Shown here: piece after piece, positions 40,061 to 50,950 of the stretch
Layout of the letters: each line of letters begins with the position of its first letter
Numbering within the stretch: position 1 is the first letter of the stretch
NCBI GenBank assembly: GCA_021806295.1
Contig: JAJZXS010000041.1
Coordinates: 1,406 to 65,405, forward strand
DNA length: 64,000 nt
Direction: 5' to 3'
Source of the DNA: Thermoplasmata archaeon
GTDB taxonomy: Archaea; Thermoplasmatota; Thermoplasmata; Thermoplasmatales; Thermoplasmataceae
Translations under genes and position numbers: made by a program
Notes under the pieces: model-generated
What the model saw: only the letters and a program-made list of their open reading frames with translations
The model's database searches: none
Told to the model about the DNA's origin: nothing

Positions 40061-40935
40061 AAGCGTTAATATTCTCAGATGAACCAAAAAATGCCAGGGA
40101 AATAATAACATACCTGCGTGGAAAGATGGACATAGATGTTATATCCCAGGAAGATATGGAATTGCCCGGATACGGTGCCAAGAAAGTATATTTCTATAAG
40201 GATGGATTTATTGACAATCTCAGTAAATTCCTTGTAGATTACCTGTCCAAAAATAAGTATGACTTTGTATTTATTTCTTCCACAAACACAGGAAGGGAGC
40301 TTGCAGGCATACTATCCTACAGGCTTAAAATGAAATGCATGCCTGAAATATTTTCATTTGAACACAGTGATAAAACAATAACAAAGAGATTCTTCCATGG
40401 TGGTAAAACCGTTGTTGAAGAAGAAAGTGATTTCCATATGTTCACTGTATCTCCCGGAATATGTGAGGCAGAAAAATCGGATAAAAAATCAGAAGTCGAA
40501 AACATAGCCCTGGATAAGAGCAATTATAAAATAATTAACGTGAAGAGCAAGAACACTGCAGGAACCGATATAAGAAATGCCCGGGTTATTGTTTCCATTG
40601 GCAGGGGACTTGGAAGCCAGGAGAACATAGAGAAAATTAAACCTCTCGTGGAGGAACTTCATGCTGAAATAGCAGGTTCAAGGCCTGTTTGCCTTGATTA
40701 TAAATGGCTCAGTGAGGATAAGCAGGTAGGACTTTCAGGTAAAAAGGTAAGGCCAGATTTTTATATAGCACTGGGAATATCCGGGCAGATACAGCATATA
40801 GCCGGAATACGTGGGTCCAAAACAATAATAGCAATAAATAAGGATAAGAGCGCACCCATATTCGAAGAGTGTGACTATGGCATAGTGGGGGACATTTTTA
40901 CAATTGTTCCGGAACTGGTTGAAAAACTGAAATAA
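40057..40935 (+). CDS. etfA: Electron transfer flavoprotein subunit alpha
   Basis: C-terminal FAD-binding signature YIALGISGQIQHIAGIRGSKTIIAINKDKSAPIF. Confidence 0.9.
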   Translation: MKALIFSDEPKNAREIITYLRGKMDIDVISQEDMELPGYGAKKVYFYKDGFIDNLSKFLVDYLSKNKYDFVFISSTNTGRELAGILSYRLKMKCMPEIFSFEHSDKTITKRFFHGGKTVVEEESDFHMFTVSPGICEAEKSDKKSEVENIALDKSNYKIINVKSKNTAGTDIRNARVIVSIGRGLGSQENIEKIKPLVEELHAEIAGSRPVCLDYKWLSEDKQVGLSGKKVRPDFYIALGISGQIQHIAGIRGSKTIIAINKDKSAPIFEECDYGIVGDIFTIVPELVEKLK

Positions 40936-41105
40936 TTATTTAATCTTTTTATTACACCACAATGTGTTTATATGGTTTGTTTTATAATCCAATGATCTGG
41001 GGTAAGATATAAGAATTAAAAAGATACAAAATTGAATTAGTTGATACTATATATAAACATTCCTTATTTTAGATACCTGTAAATAAACAACTGTGATTAT
41101 TTATT

Positions 41106-41423
41106 ATGAAAATAATACTTTCCGTGGATTCGGAGGATAAAATATCCATGTCAATCACTGCAGCAGAGCATCTTTCAGAAATGGTGGAAACAGAGCTTGT
41201 GGAAGTAGTGTATCTTAACGGGGGAATAGCCGCGGTAGTGGAAAAAAACAGGATAAAGCCCATGCTTGAGAACAAAAAAGTACAGGTTGTTGCATGCGGG
41301 ACATCAATGCAGGCAAGAAGCATAGAAAAGGATGAACTGGCTTCAGGAGTAGTTTATGTGCCAGCAAGCCTGAAGGAGATTATAAAAAGACAGCAGGAAG
41401 GATACACCTATCTTGTTTTATAA
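41106..41423 (+). CDS. DsrE/DsrF-like small sulfur-relay-fold protein
   Basis: 105 aa, MKIILSV...VVACGTSMQARSI pattern. Confidence 0.55.
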   Translation: MKIILSVDSEDKISMSITAAEHLSEMVETELVEVVYLNGGIAAVVEKNRIKPMLENKKVQVVACGTSMQARSIEKDELASGVVYVPASLKEIIKRQQEGYTYLVL

Positions 41424-41510
41424 AAATCTGGACTATAAGCAATTCTAAAATATAATCAGAATTTTTCTTCCAGGAATAAAAATTTAAATAACATTTTGTT
41501 CTCAATTATT

Positions 41511-43436
41511 ATGAAAGACACGCTTCCTGTAGATGAGAAATATAGAATCCATATGACAAAGTATTTTCAGGAATATGAAGCATCAATTAAAAGTACTGAA
41601 AATTTCTGGAAAGAGAAGGCAAGGATAATAGACTGGTTTGAACCATTTAGCAGAGTTCTTGACGATTCAAAAAAGCCTTTCTACAGGTGGTTTGTAAACG
41701 GAAAAACTAATATGTCATATAACTGCCTTGACAGATATATTAATAATGAGAAGAGGAACAAGGTAGCGTATATATGGATTCCGGAGCATGGAGAAGAGAA
41801 AGTGATCACATATTTTGGGCTTTACAGGAGGGTAAATGCACTTGCAAAGGCTCTTCTCAACCTTGGGGTGAAGAAGGGTGACGGTGTTACAATATATCTT
41901 CCAATGATACTTGAGGCACCCATAGCCATGCTGGCATGTGCCAGAATCGGGGCTGTATTCAACGTTGTATTCTCGGGATTCGGTGAGGAAGCACTTGCAC
42001 AGAGGATAGATGATTCCGGGTCCAGGACCATCATAACCGCAGACGGTGCCTACAGAAAGGGAAAAACAGTCCATTTGAAAAAGATTGTGGATGCCGCCAT
42101 AGATCTGAGCAGGGGCGTGGATAATGTAATAGTGGTTAAAAACACAAAGGAAAACATAAAAATGGAATCAGGGCGCGATTATTATTACGATGACATTATA
42201 GAGGATTCCTATGTCAAGCCAGAGGAGCTGGATTCCAGTGACCCATTATTCATACTTTATACATCAGGAACCACAGGAAAGCCCAAGGGAATAGTGCATG
42301 GAAATGGTGGATACCCTGTATGGGTTGCAAATACAATGAAGTGGGCATTCAACCCGGGAGAGGAGGACAGATGGTGGTGTGCTGCAGACATAGGATGGAT
42401 AACAGGGCACAGCTATATTGTGTTTGCACCACTGCTTCTGGGCGTAACATCCATAATGTACGAGGGTGCAATAGATTATCCAAAACCTGACAGGATGTGG
42501 GAAATTGTGGAAAGATACGGTGTAAACATGCTTTATACATCCCCCACTGCAATAAGACTGTTAATGAAGTACGGGGAGAAATACCCGCTGATGCATGACC
42601 TTTCATCCCTGAGGGTGCTGGGTACTGTTGGCGAGCCCATAAACCCTGCAGCATGGCACTGGTTCTACGAGGAAATAGGGAAGAGCAGGTGCCCCATAAT
42701 AGATACATACTGGCAGACTGAAACAGGGGGGTTCACCATAGCACCATCCATGGCTCTGGGAATGCCTGACCTTAAGCCCGGTTCTGCAACATTCCCGATG
42801 CCAGGCATAATGCCAGAGATACTCAGGGAGGACGGGACACCTGCAAAGAGCGGAGAGAAAGGATATATAGTTCTTGACAGGCCATGGCCCGGGCTCATGC
42901 TTACAGTAAATAATGACGATAAAAGATATGTTGATGTGTATTTCTCTAAATATCCGGGAAAATACCTCATGGGTGATTATGCTATAAAGGACGAGGACGA
43001 CTATTACTGGCTCCTGGGAAGAAGCGATGAGGTACTGAAGGTTTCAGGCCACAGAATCGGAACAATAGAAATTGAGGATGGACTTGTATCCATGAAAGAG
43101 GTTGCAGAGGCAGCAGTCTTTGGAAAGCCGGATACTGTAAAGGGCGATACTATAATTGCCTTTGTAACTCTCAAGGAGGGTTATGAAAAAAGCAGCGAAT
43201 TGATAGATTCCCTGAAAAAGCGCATGAGAACTGAACTTGGGCCCATCATGGTTCCCGAGGAGATACACATAGTTGATGCTCTTCCAAAAACAAGGTCTGG
43301 CAAAATCATGAGGCGTGTGATAAAGGCAGTGTACCTTAACCAGGTAACAGGTGACGTCAGTACCCTGGAAAATGAAGCATCAGTTGAAGAGATTCAGAGG
43401 GCAATGGATATAATAAGGAAGGGCACCGGCAATTGA
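41511..43436 (+). CDS. acs: Acetyl-CoA synthetase (AMP-forming)
   Basis: YTSGTTGKPKG, YWQTETGG and RSGKIMRR. I trimmed the tracked TTG start (41496) to ATG 41511. Confidence 0.95.
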   Translation: MKDTLPVDEKYRIHMTKYFQEYEASIKSTENFWKEKARIIDWFEPFSRVLDDSKKPFYRWFVNGKTNMSYNCLDRYINNEKRNKVAYIWIPEHGEEKVITYFGLYRRVNALAKALLNLGVKKGDGVTIYLPMILEAPIAMLACARIGAVFNVVFSGFGEEALAQRIDDSGSRTIITADGAYRKGKTVHLKKIVDAAIDLSRGVDNVIVVKNTKENIKMESGRDYYYDDIIEDSYVKPEELDSSDPLFILYTSGTTGKPKGIVHGNGGYPVWVANTMKWAFNPGEEDRWWCAADIGWITGHSYIVFAPLLLGVTSIMYEGAIDYPKPDRMWEIVERYGVNMLYTSPTAIRLLMKYGEKYPLMHDLSSLRVLGTVGEPINPAAWHWFYEEIGKSRCPIIDTYWQTETGGFTIAPSMALGMPDLKPGSATFPMPGIMPEILREDGTPAKSGEKGYIVLDRPWPGLMLTVNNDDKRYVDVYFSKYPGKYLMGDYAIKDEDDYYWLLGRSDEVLKVSGHRIGTIEIEDGLVSMKEVAEAAVFGKPDTVKGDTIIAFVTLKEGYEKSSELIDSLKKRMRTELGPIMVPEEIHIVDALPKTRSGKIMRRVIKAVYLNQVTGDVSTLENEASVEEIQRAMDIIRKGTGN

Positions 43437-43449
43437 AGCTATACTTTCT

Positions 43450-43761
43450 TTATTTCAAAATTCTTATTAAAATTGGAATCTTCATAAGCGTATCCGGGCT
43501 ATCCACAATAAGGTGCTCCAGCGGCTTCTTATAGGGATCAAACCGGTCAATATGTACCTCATACCTGTCCAGAAATTCTACCACATGTATGCCGAAAGTT
43601 GCCCCCTCTACACTTGCCCTGTAATCCCTTATCTGTCCTCTTATTTTACCGATAGATCTGTAGAAAATTCCAGAATTCAGTGGACTCCCAATGGATTTAG
43701 GCACCTCAATTTTGCCGTATGTCATGGCCATGGCACATACAGAATTCCAGTTATCAAACAT
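43450..43761 (-). CDS. Hypothetical protein (103 aa)
   Basis: A clean ORF that fills the gap between acs and the permease. No family recognised. Confidence 0.35.
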   Translation of the reverse strand: MFDNWNSVCAMAMTYGKIEVPKSIGSPLNSGIFYRSIGKIRGQIRDYRASVEGATFGIHVVEFLDRYEVHIDRFDPYKKPLEHLIVDSPDTLMKIPILIRILK

Positions 43762-43904
43762 AATTATAGAGATGGAAATATTATTTAACTATTGTTATTT
43801 CATATATTCACCAACCACATACTGGTCTTTTGCCTTTAATTGCCCGGTATAGTACCTGCATACGTCAAAAAGATTTATATACATTAGTATAATACTAACT
43901 TCCT

Positions 43905-45473
43905 ATGGATAATAATAAATCTAAAGATTTTCCTAAAACTCTAAGAAGAGGCCAGGTAGGTACCTTTGGGGCTATTGCAGAAGAAATCTCTGCCATGGCA
44001 CCAGCCTGCGATTCAATTGCATTTGTCGTTGCCTCAGCAGCATTTGCATTCTTCTTGACTCCTCTGTCATTTATCATAGCCACAATGACAATGTTTCTTG
44101 AGGTTAATACCCTCTACCATCTATCCAAGAGGCATGCAAGTGCCGGTGGTTATTATGGATATGTTGCCACGGCTTTCGGGCCGATTCCTGCAATATTTTC
44201 CGGACTAATGTATCCATTTTACCAGATCGTGAGCACAGCTGCAATTCCTGTATTCGTTGCAGGTGTTGTTCTTCCGGGCGTTGTGCAGTATTTTATACAT
44301 GTCGGGATGCCTGCATGGATATGGTTACCCTTTATCCTTGTCTTTATCATAGTACCCATAATAATTGCAATAGTCGGAATCCGGCCCCAGATGAAATATA
44401 TAAGGGTGGCAGCCTTCTTTGAAATTATATTTCTGATTGTTTTATCCACCATAATTATAATTAAGGCGCCTGATAATACAGTGAATGTCTTTAATCCATA
44501 TGGTTTCCCACAGTACAGGTCATGGTTTTCTGCAGAGGGAGGCCCAATTGCAGGATTAGGCCTGGGAATGGTTTTTGGTCTTACCAGCTTTATTGGCTAT
44601 GGTGGGTCAGCCCCCCTGGGCGAAGAGGCAACACACCCAAAAGCCATTACCCGATCCCTGGTGTTCGGGCTCCTGATTACCGGGATAACCCTGACAGAGG
44701 TTTCATATGCACAGATAGTGGGATGGGGGATACCATTGATGCAATCCTTTACAAGCAGTGCTATTCCAGGAGTTATTACTGCTACTTTATATACCGGAGC
44801 TGTAGGTGGTATAATGTTCTCACTGGTAGCTTTCAATTCGGCCTTTTCAGATTCTGTTGCCATGCAGTCAAATGGGGGGAGGGTTTATTACGCCATGGGC
44901 CGTGATTATATACTACCTCAATTCTTTTCAAAGATACATAAAAAATACCAGACCCCTTCAAACGCATTAATATTTGTTGCCACCATGGCATCTATACTTG
45001 CAGTAGGTGTTACATTCCTTGTGACATACGGGGCAGGCATTCCTGTAAAGGATATCATAAGTGGAAACGCAGACTCATCTGTAGTTGTAACAGCACTTAC
45101 TGACTCATTTGACCTGCTCACAACCCTGGCACTGGGAGGCCTTATAATCACACACATACTTCTTAATACCAGTGTAATGACAATGTTTTACAGGCTTAAG
45201 GAAAAGCATACTGGCATTAAAAAGATCATCCATCCCATAGAGCATTATGTATTTCCAAGCATAGCCACTGTTATTTTCATATTCGTTCTCTACGAATCTG
45301 TGGTACCGCCGGTTTACCCTATCACCGACGGAATCGTAATTATAGCTCTCTACTCTATTTTTGCAATAGGCTACTCACTTTATCTGAAGAAGACAAAACC
45401 CGATAAGGCCAAAAATGCTGGATTAACAGTTAACCTTGTTGCTGAAGAAAAATTAAGTGGTGGGTCAAAATAA
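43905..45473 (+). CDS. APC-superfamily amino acid permease
   Basis: 522 aa, about 12-13 TM. Confidence 0.7.
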   Translation: MDNNKSKDFPKTLRRGQVGTFGAIAEEISAMAPACDSIAFVVASAAFAFFLTPLSFIIATMTMFLEVNTLYHLSKRHASAGGYYGYVATAFGPIPAIFSGLMYPFYQIVSTAAIPVFVAGVVLPGVVQYFIHVGMPAWIWLPFILVFIIVPIIIAIVGIRPQMKYIRVAAFFEIIFLIVLSTIIIIKAPDNTVNVFNPYGFPQYRSWFSAEGGPIAGLGLGMVFGLTSFIGYGGSAPLGEEATHPKAITRSLVFGLLITGITLTEVSYAQIVGWGIPLMQSFTSSAIPGVITATLYTGAVGGIMFSLVAFNSAFSDSVAMQSNGGRVYYAMGRDYILPQFFSKIHKKYQTPSNALIFVATMASILAVGVTFLVTYGAGIPVKDIISGNADSSVVVTALTDSFDLLTTLALGGLIITHILLNTSVMTMFYRLKEKHTGIKKIIHPIEHYVFPSIATVIFIFVLYESVVPPVYPITDGIVIIALYSIFAIGYSLYLKKTKPDKAKNAGLTVNLVAEEKLSGGSK

Positions 45474-45697
45474 TTTTTATTAAAATCTATATTTAACATT
45501 CTTTTTTATAAAATGTTGGGATCTTATGAAAACTATAAAAATCCGGTGTTTGGACAGGATAACTATCCCATTTTGGTACCATGCCAAATAATGGAGATAC
45601 CATATATTAGCCTGGTGGCATGTTCTCTGTATCCCTCCCAGATAACATAAAATTATCAGTGTGGACTGGAATAATTAACATATAATATATAATCAGT

Positions 45698-46420
45698 TTA
45701 AAGATATATCAAAAAGGCTATGGCAACAGCAATCAGCGTTGAAAACGCATTTACCTGCCCCTTTGACATCTTACCGCGGTTTTCAAACAATGAACCCAGC
45801 AGGCTATCCACCTGGCATCCAGTGAATCCAAGAAGTGTAATCACAATAAGGGGAACTACTGCAAAACCGTGAAAATCCAGTATAATGTAAGCAATTCCTA
45901 TTATAAACGCACCAAGAAGCGCCATTGCTTCCCCCAATAAGGATACACCTCCATTAACACCTGGTTTTATCTTTTTGAAACTTGTTATCATATACACATT
46001 CTTATCGAATACTCCTATTTCGGAGGCAAAGGTATCTGCATTTACAGATGCAAATGAAACACCGAAAATAAGAAAATATGGAAAACCATCAATCCTAAGT
46101 GCATTCATAGCTGCAATAGCAACACCTATCAATGCAGCATAAATCACGTTTGATGCGTGCCTTTCTCCGTTTTCACCTTCCTGCAATTTTTCTCTGGCCT
46201 TATCCTTAATCCTGAATTTTGTTGCCATCTGTGCCGTAATGGCAAAGATAAGCATCAGTATAAGCCAGTAAAGGGATCCAAGCACAACAATTATTATCCC
46301 GACTATAAGGGCTGCAACCGTACCTTTAAAATCAAAAATACGGAATTTCAGTGCTCCTATAAATAAGGCTATAAGTATCACTGCTGACACAATGATGTAA
46401 TAAATTGTCGTTAGCACCAC
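45698..46420 (-). CDS. DUF92/TMEM19-family integral membrane protein
   Basis: 240 aa, polytopic, with GVNGGVSLLGEAMALLGAFIIG. Family recognised from memory. Confidence 0.55.
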   Translation of the reverse strand: MVLTTIYYIIVSAVILIALFIGALKFRIFDFKGTVAALIVGIIIVVLGSLYWLILMLIFAITAQMATKFRIKDKAREKLQEGENGERHASNVIYAALIGVAIAAMNALRIDGFPYFLIFGVSFASVNADTFASEIGVFDKNVYMITSFKKIKPGVNGGVSLLGEAMALLGAFIIGIAYIILDFHGFAVVPLIVITLLGFTGCQVDSLLGSLFENRGKMSKGQVNAFSTLIAVAIAFLIYL

Positions 46421-46630
46421 CCGGTACCCGATATTAAATCATTTCTGGTTTTATTGAAAATAAAACGAACTGGAGCATCCGACATTGGATGTCATATGTT
46501 TCTTGGGTATAAATTATTTATGCTGATATGATAGATATTAAGATAGGGAAGGATAAAAATGCCAGTAAGATATATATAATTATAAAATATATATAGTAAA
46601 TACTTAATATAAAGACTAAATATATATTTA

Positions 46631-47302
46631 ATGATAGAAATAGAAGAAGCAAATAAAATATATAATACTCCCGGAAAGGACTACCTTGATGGTATAAAAC
46701 TGGTAGCCTTTGATATGGATGGAGTATTACTGAAAAATAGAAATTCATGGGACGTAATAATTAACAGGGCAATGAGAAAACATAGTACTGAAGGGAAGAT
46801 GGTGTATACCTTTGACTATCTCCACAGAAACGGAGTGCCGGATCATTTATATGCAAACCTTACAGAGACTAAAATAATGACATACATCAATTTAAACGAT
46901 ATGACACCAAATGTGATGAGAACCATAGAATACCTCAGGCAAAGAAAGATAAAAACCGCAATTGTTTCTGCAGGGTCACATGTATTTGCCGAATACATTG
47001 CAGGTCTCATGGGCATGGATTATTACATAGGAAATGAGGTAGATACCACGGCGCATAAATTTATCAAAAATGTTGACCCTGCCAAAAAAGACCTAAATGT
47101 TGTTAATATCCAGTCCATACTGGGTGTGTCTCCAGAGGAAACGCTGAGTGTTGGGGATTCATTTATGGATCTTTCCATGAAAAGGAAATCCAGATATTTC
47201 GTTGCTTTCAATCCTGCAAGTTACAGGGCACTTGAATATTCAGACTTCACCGTTGAATCAACCAATCTATATGACATAATAAGCAGGTTGACTGTACAAT
47301 AA
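46631..47302 (+). CDS. HAD-superfamily hydrolase (phosphoserine-phosphatase-like subfamily)
   Basis: Motif I FDMDGVL, motif II VSAGS, motif IV GDSFMD. Confidence 0.75.
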   Translation: MIEIEEANKIYNTPGKDYLDGIKLVAFDMDGVLLKNRNSWDVIINRAMRKHSTEGKMVYTFDYLHRNGVPDHLYANLTETKIMTYINLNDMTPNVMRTIEYLRQRKIKTAIVSAGSHVFAEYIAGLMGMDYYIGNEVDTTAHKFIKNVDPAKKDLNVVNIQSILGVSPEETLSVGDSFMDLSMKRKSRYFVAFNPASYRALEYSDFTVESTNLYDIISRLTVQ

Positions 47303-47350
47303 AGGTTTTTTCAGTATCAAGCTTTTAATATTTTCGTTCAATATAAGCCA

Positions 47351-48055
47351 ATGAAGATTCTGGCCATCGGTACATGGGGATCAGGGCTTGTGCCAAAAAA
47401 AAGAAACACATCCTTTTTGATTGATGATAGTACACTTCTGGACTGCGGCCCTCATACTGTGGAATATTTAATTAATCAGGGTATTAATCTTGAGGAAATA
47501 AAGAGAGTTTTAGTTACGCATCTTCATCTTGATCACGCCGGGGGTATTTCCGAATTAATCTGGCAGCGGGCCCTGCATGGCGTAGATACTGAGGTAAACA
47601 TTGTGGGGCCTTCTGAAATTTCAAAAAGCATTTCTGGAATATTGAAATATTACCATACTCCGGCTTTCATGATGAGGGGGATTACATTTAATGAAAATGA
47701 GCCGGGATTACATATCATGCCTGGAAAGCATACTGTTGAAGAATATATGTACAGATTTAATGCCTCGGGGAAAACCGTGTTCTATTCGGGTGATACATCA
47801 TACAATGATGCCGCAGTTAAACATGGAAGGAACTCTGACCTTTTTATACACGAGGCAACATATCAGGATGGGATGGAGAAAGAGGCAGAGAAATACGGGC
47901 ATTCAACAGTTTCCGACGCCATACTTGCATTCAGGGCCAGCAGGTCCAGAATTTTCATGCCAACACATATGTCCAGCGAATCACTTAAGCAGGTTTTATC
48001 TATTCATAGCAATAATTTTATTGTGCCTGTGGAAGGCGAGGTGTATAATATATGA
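47351..48055 (+). CDS. Metallo-beta-lactamase-fold hydrolase (RNase Z-like)
   Basis: HLHLDHAGG motif. 234 aa. Confidence 0.75.
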   Translation: MKILAIGTWGSGLVPKKRNTSFLIDDSTLLDCGPHTVEYLINQGINLEEIKRVLVTHLHLDHAGGISELIWQRALHGVDTEVNIVGPSEISKSISGILKYYHTPAFMMRGITFNENEPGLHIMPGKHTVEEYMYRFNASGKTVFYSGDTSYNDAAVKHGRNSDLFIHEATYQDGMEKEAEKYGHSTVSDAILAFRASRSRIFMPTHMSSESLKQVLSIHSNNFIVPVEGEVYNI

Positions 48056-49116
48056 TTGCGAAAAAAGTGGCATTTTTTGTCAATCCCCTGGCTGGTTACG
48101 GTGGAATCAGGAACAACAAAGGTTCAGACAATTTGTCATTAAAAAACATGGGCGACTCTGTGTCAGTTAAGCGTGCCGTTGAATTTCTTAAAGGAGTCAA
48201 CAGTAATGGCATTGAATTCATAGTGCCTTCCGGCCCGATGGGTTCGATGGAGATGGAGCAGGCCGGGATAACCTGCAGCATTTCCTATTATCCTGGGGAG
48301 CCATCATCCAGGGAGGATACCATTAATTTTATTCATTCTGCAGTAGATACAGACCTCATATGTTTTGTAGGTGGTGATGGAACTGCCAGGGATGTGCTTA
48401 CTGCAGGCTCTGACCTGCCAGTTCTTGGGATTCCCTCAGGTGTAAAAATGTACAGCTCTGTATTTGCAATGAATATAAGGAATGCCATAGAAGTTTTCAA
48501 CAGGGTATGCAGTGAGGATATTAGATATATAAGGGCTGAAGTGGATGATATCAATGAAGAGAAATACCGATCAGGCATACTGCAGGTAAAAAAATTTGGT
48601 GAATTACTGGTTCCTGATACTGATGGCGTGGTAATTTCATCCAAGGCAGAGTATCCAGAATCATCAGTATTTGATATTGCAGAATACCTTATGGATAATA
48701 TGGATTCGGAAACATATTATATAATTGGCCCGGGAAGTACCTGCAAGGCGCTGTTAAATTCCATGGGCATGCATACAAATATGCTGGGCTTTGACGTTAT
48801 TAAAGGTAAACAATTAATATCAACAGATATAGGAGAAGACCAGATTTATCATTTCGTGTCAACTGGCAGGGCTAAAATAATAATATCAATTATCGGTGGG
48901 CAGGGTTTTCTTCTGGGCCGAGGAAATCAGCAAATATCACACAGAATTTTGGCGTTAACAGGTTTTGAAAATATATGTGTTATATCTTCCCGTGAAAAGA
49001 TAGCAGACCTGCATTGGCTATCCATAGACATCAATACAGACAATATTGTAGTCCCAAAATTCATAAGGGTTCTTATTGGTTACGGACAGTATAGAATGAT
49101 GAAAATTAAGGAATAA
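48052..49116 (+). CDS. ATP-NAD kinase-like protein (AcoX/COG3199-type)
   Basis: GGDGTARDV motif. ATGA overlap with the MBL hydrolase. Confidence 0.65.
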   Translation: MIAKKVAFFVNPLAGYGGIRNNKGSDNLSLKNMGDSVSVKRAVEFLKGVNSNGIEFIVPSGPMGSMEMEQAGITCSISYYPGEPSSREDTINFIHSAVDTDLICFVGGDGTARDVLTAGSDLPVLGIPSGVKMYSSVFAMNIRNAIEVFNRVCSEDIRYIRAEVDDINEEKYRSGILQVKKFGELLVPDTDGVVISSKAEYPESSVFDIAEYLMDNMDSETYYIIGPGSTCKALLNSMGMHTNMLGFDVIKGKQLISTDIGEDQIYHFVSTGRAKIIISIIGGQGFLLGRGNQQISHRILALTGFENICVISSREKIADLHWLSIDINTDNIVVPKFIRVLIGYGQYRMMKIKE

Positions 49117-49219
49117 CCATATCTATTACAAACCGGATTACAAATTTATTAAATTATTATTTACGCATATATCAAATAAAACAGACCGCAATATTTTATA
49201 TCTTAAGTTTTAATTCCCT

Positions 49220-50950
49220 ATGGTGCAAAAGGGAAAGACGCTTGCAGGCCTCTCAAGGTATGCAAAAAAATCACCAAAATGGTACTATTTTGTGGTACCA
49301 CTATTCATAATATTCATTATAGATTATTTTATACTAGGGCATATTAAGAATCTATTTGTCATGCTGATAATACCGTTTTTTATCCTGATTATAGTGGATT
49401 TTACATCAATAAGATTGACGAATAAAAGATTTAATTTTAACCGTATAGCCTATATGGATTTTATTTCCATAGGAATGGCAACATTATTCTTCTGGGCGGG
49501 TGTGCTACTAAAACCGTTTATTTCAATGCCATATTATTATATTCTTGCACTGGCAACAGCATTTCCGGCTTTCCTGAGATTCCTTGTCCTTTACATATAT
49601 TACCCGGCAAATATGGGAATGGCTACTGTATTTTCTGCAAATTATACTTTTTCATATATTGCATCATCGCTGATCTTTTATTATATATCCACAGTAGCCC
49701 TGAAATTTGTTGTACCCCTCATTGTGGCTACCCTAGTTTACATTTTATTCTCATATCTGTTCTTAAAATTAACCACACTAAAATTCACCAAAAAATACAG
49801 ATCAAAACCATCTGAGCTTATAGAGTTCTTCCTTAACAGGGATACAGATGGTGAAATAGGAGAGAGGTTCTTTAATCATGTTTACAACAGGAAGAGGCGT
49901 GTACCTGTTGTAACCGCTAATATAAAAACTGGAAACAAGGATCTTGTAACACTGGTGTTTCCATTCGTGCATCCCGGCCCTTTCGGGAATTTGTGCACCA
50001 GCAATCTTCCATTGAAACTTGCAAATGAATTGAAAAGGGATAATATAATGGTTTTCCATACGGCAACAACAAACAGCAATAACTGCAGCGGAAAAGATGA
50101 TATAAAAAATATAGCTGATTCAATAAAAAGGTCGCTAGAAAAAATGGAATATGCAGATTATGTTTCAGACTTCGTTAAATTCAACGTTGACGGTTATGAT
50201 GTATCTCTCCAGAAATTCGGGGATTCCGGATTTTCAGCCGTTATACCGTACGGCAGGCCCTTTGATGATATCTCACTGGAATCCGGTTTGAAGGTAATGG
50301 AAATCCTTCAGAAAAATGGGGCCAGCCATTTTGCACTTCTTGATGCCCAGAACAGTTTCACAAAGGATGCAGAGGAACTCCATAACTGTGATATGCTCAT
50401 AGATCCTCTGATAAAAAACTTCAATCTGGCACAATCCGAATATCCTGCTTTTATCGGCTATGGAAGGAATTACCAGAAAATCGATGGCCTGGCATCCATG
50501 GGTGTCCAGGTTCTGGTCTTAAAGATAAGGGACTATTACAACGCTATAGTCCTTACAGATTCAAACAACATCAGCAGGGATATAATAAAGCTTGCAAGGG
50601 CAGGTTCAGATCCACGGGTGAAGAATATGGACATATATACAACGGATAACCATGTTGTCAACGTTGGGCAGCTTGACATAAACCCCCTGGGAATGCACTG
50701 TGATCCAGAATCTGTTGCGAATCTCATAAATAAAACTGTTCTTGGAGCAATTGACAATGCTGCTCCAGCATCGGTGGGGATGTATACAGAATATGTAAAT
50801 GTAACAATGGGTGAGGAAAATGCATTCCATAACCTAATTCAGACAGTTCTCGCATCTCTGCGCACGGCAAAATATTCCATAGGGTTCGTTCTTCTCATAT
50901 CCATGCTTATCTCGGTGGTCTCATTCAGGTATCTTGTTCTGCACCTATAA
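49220..50950 (+). CDS. Polytopic membrane protein with a large soluble C-terminal domain (DUF2070-like)
   Basis: About 6 N-terminal TM segments, then VHPGPFGN and a ~350 aa soluble region plus a terminal TM. Family recalled from memory. Confidence 0.5.
   Translation: MVQKGKTLAGLSRYAKKSPKWYYFVVPLFIIFIIDYFILGHIKNLFVMLIIPFFILIIVDFTSIRLTNKRFNFNRIAYMDFISIGMATLFFWAGVLLKPFISMPYYYILALATAFPAFLRFLVLYIYYPANMGMATVFSANYTFSYIASSLIFYYISTVALKFVVPLIVATLVYILFSYLFLKLTTLKFTKKYRSKPSELIEFFLNRDTDGEIGERFFNHVYNRKRRVPVVTANIKTGNKDLVTLVFPFVHPGPFGNLCTSNLPLKLANELKRDNIMVFHTATTNSNNCSGKDDIKNIADSIKRSLEKMEYADYVSDFVKFNVDGYDVSLQKFGDSGFSAVIPYGRPFDDISLESGLKVMEILQKNGASHFALLDAQNSFTKDAEELHNCDMLIDPLIKNFNLAQSEYPAFIGYGRNYQKIDGLASMGVQVLVLKIRDYYNAIVLTDSNNISRDIIKLARAGSDPRVKNMDIYTTDNHVVNVGQLDINPLGMHCDPESVANLINKTVLGAIDNAAPASVGMYTEYVNVTMGEENAFHNLIQTVLASLRTAKYSIGFVLLISMLISVVSFRYLVLHL

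Noticed and set aside
46540-46640. TA-rich low-complexity stretch (runs of TATATA) considered as a CRISPR leader/array, microsatellite or replication origin
   Set aside because: There are no regularly spaced direct repeats, no ORB-like boxes and no adjacent cdc6/orc1. It is most simply the promoter region of the HAD hydrolase gene in an AT-rich genome.
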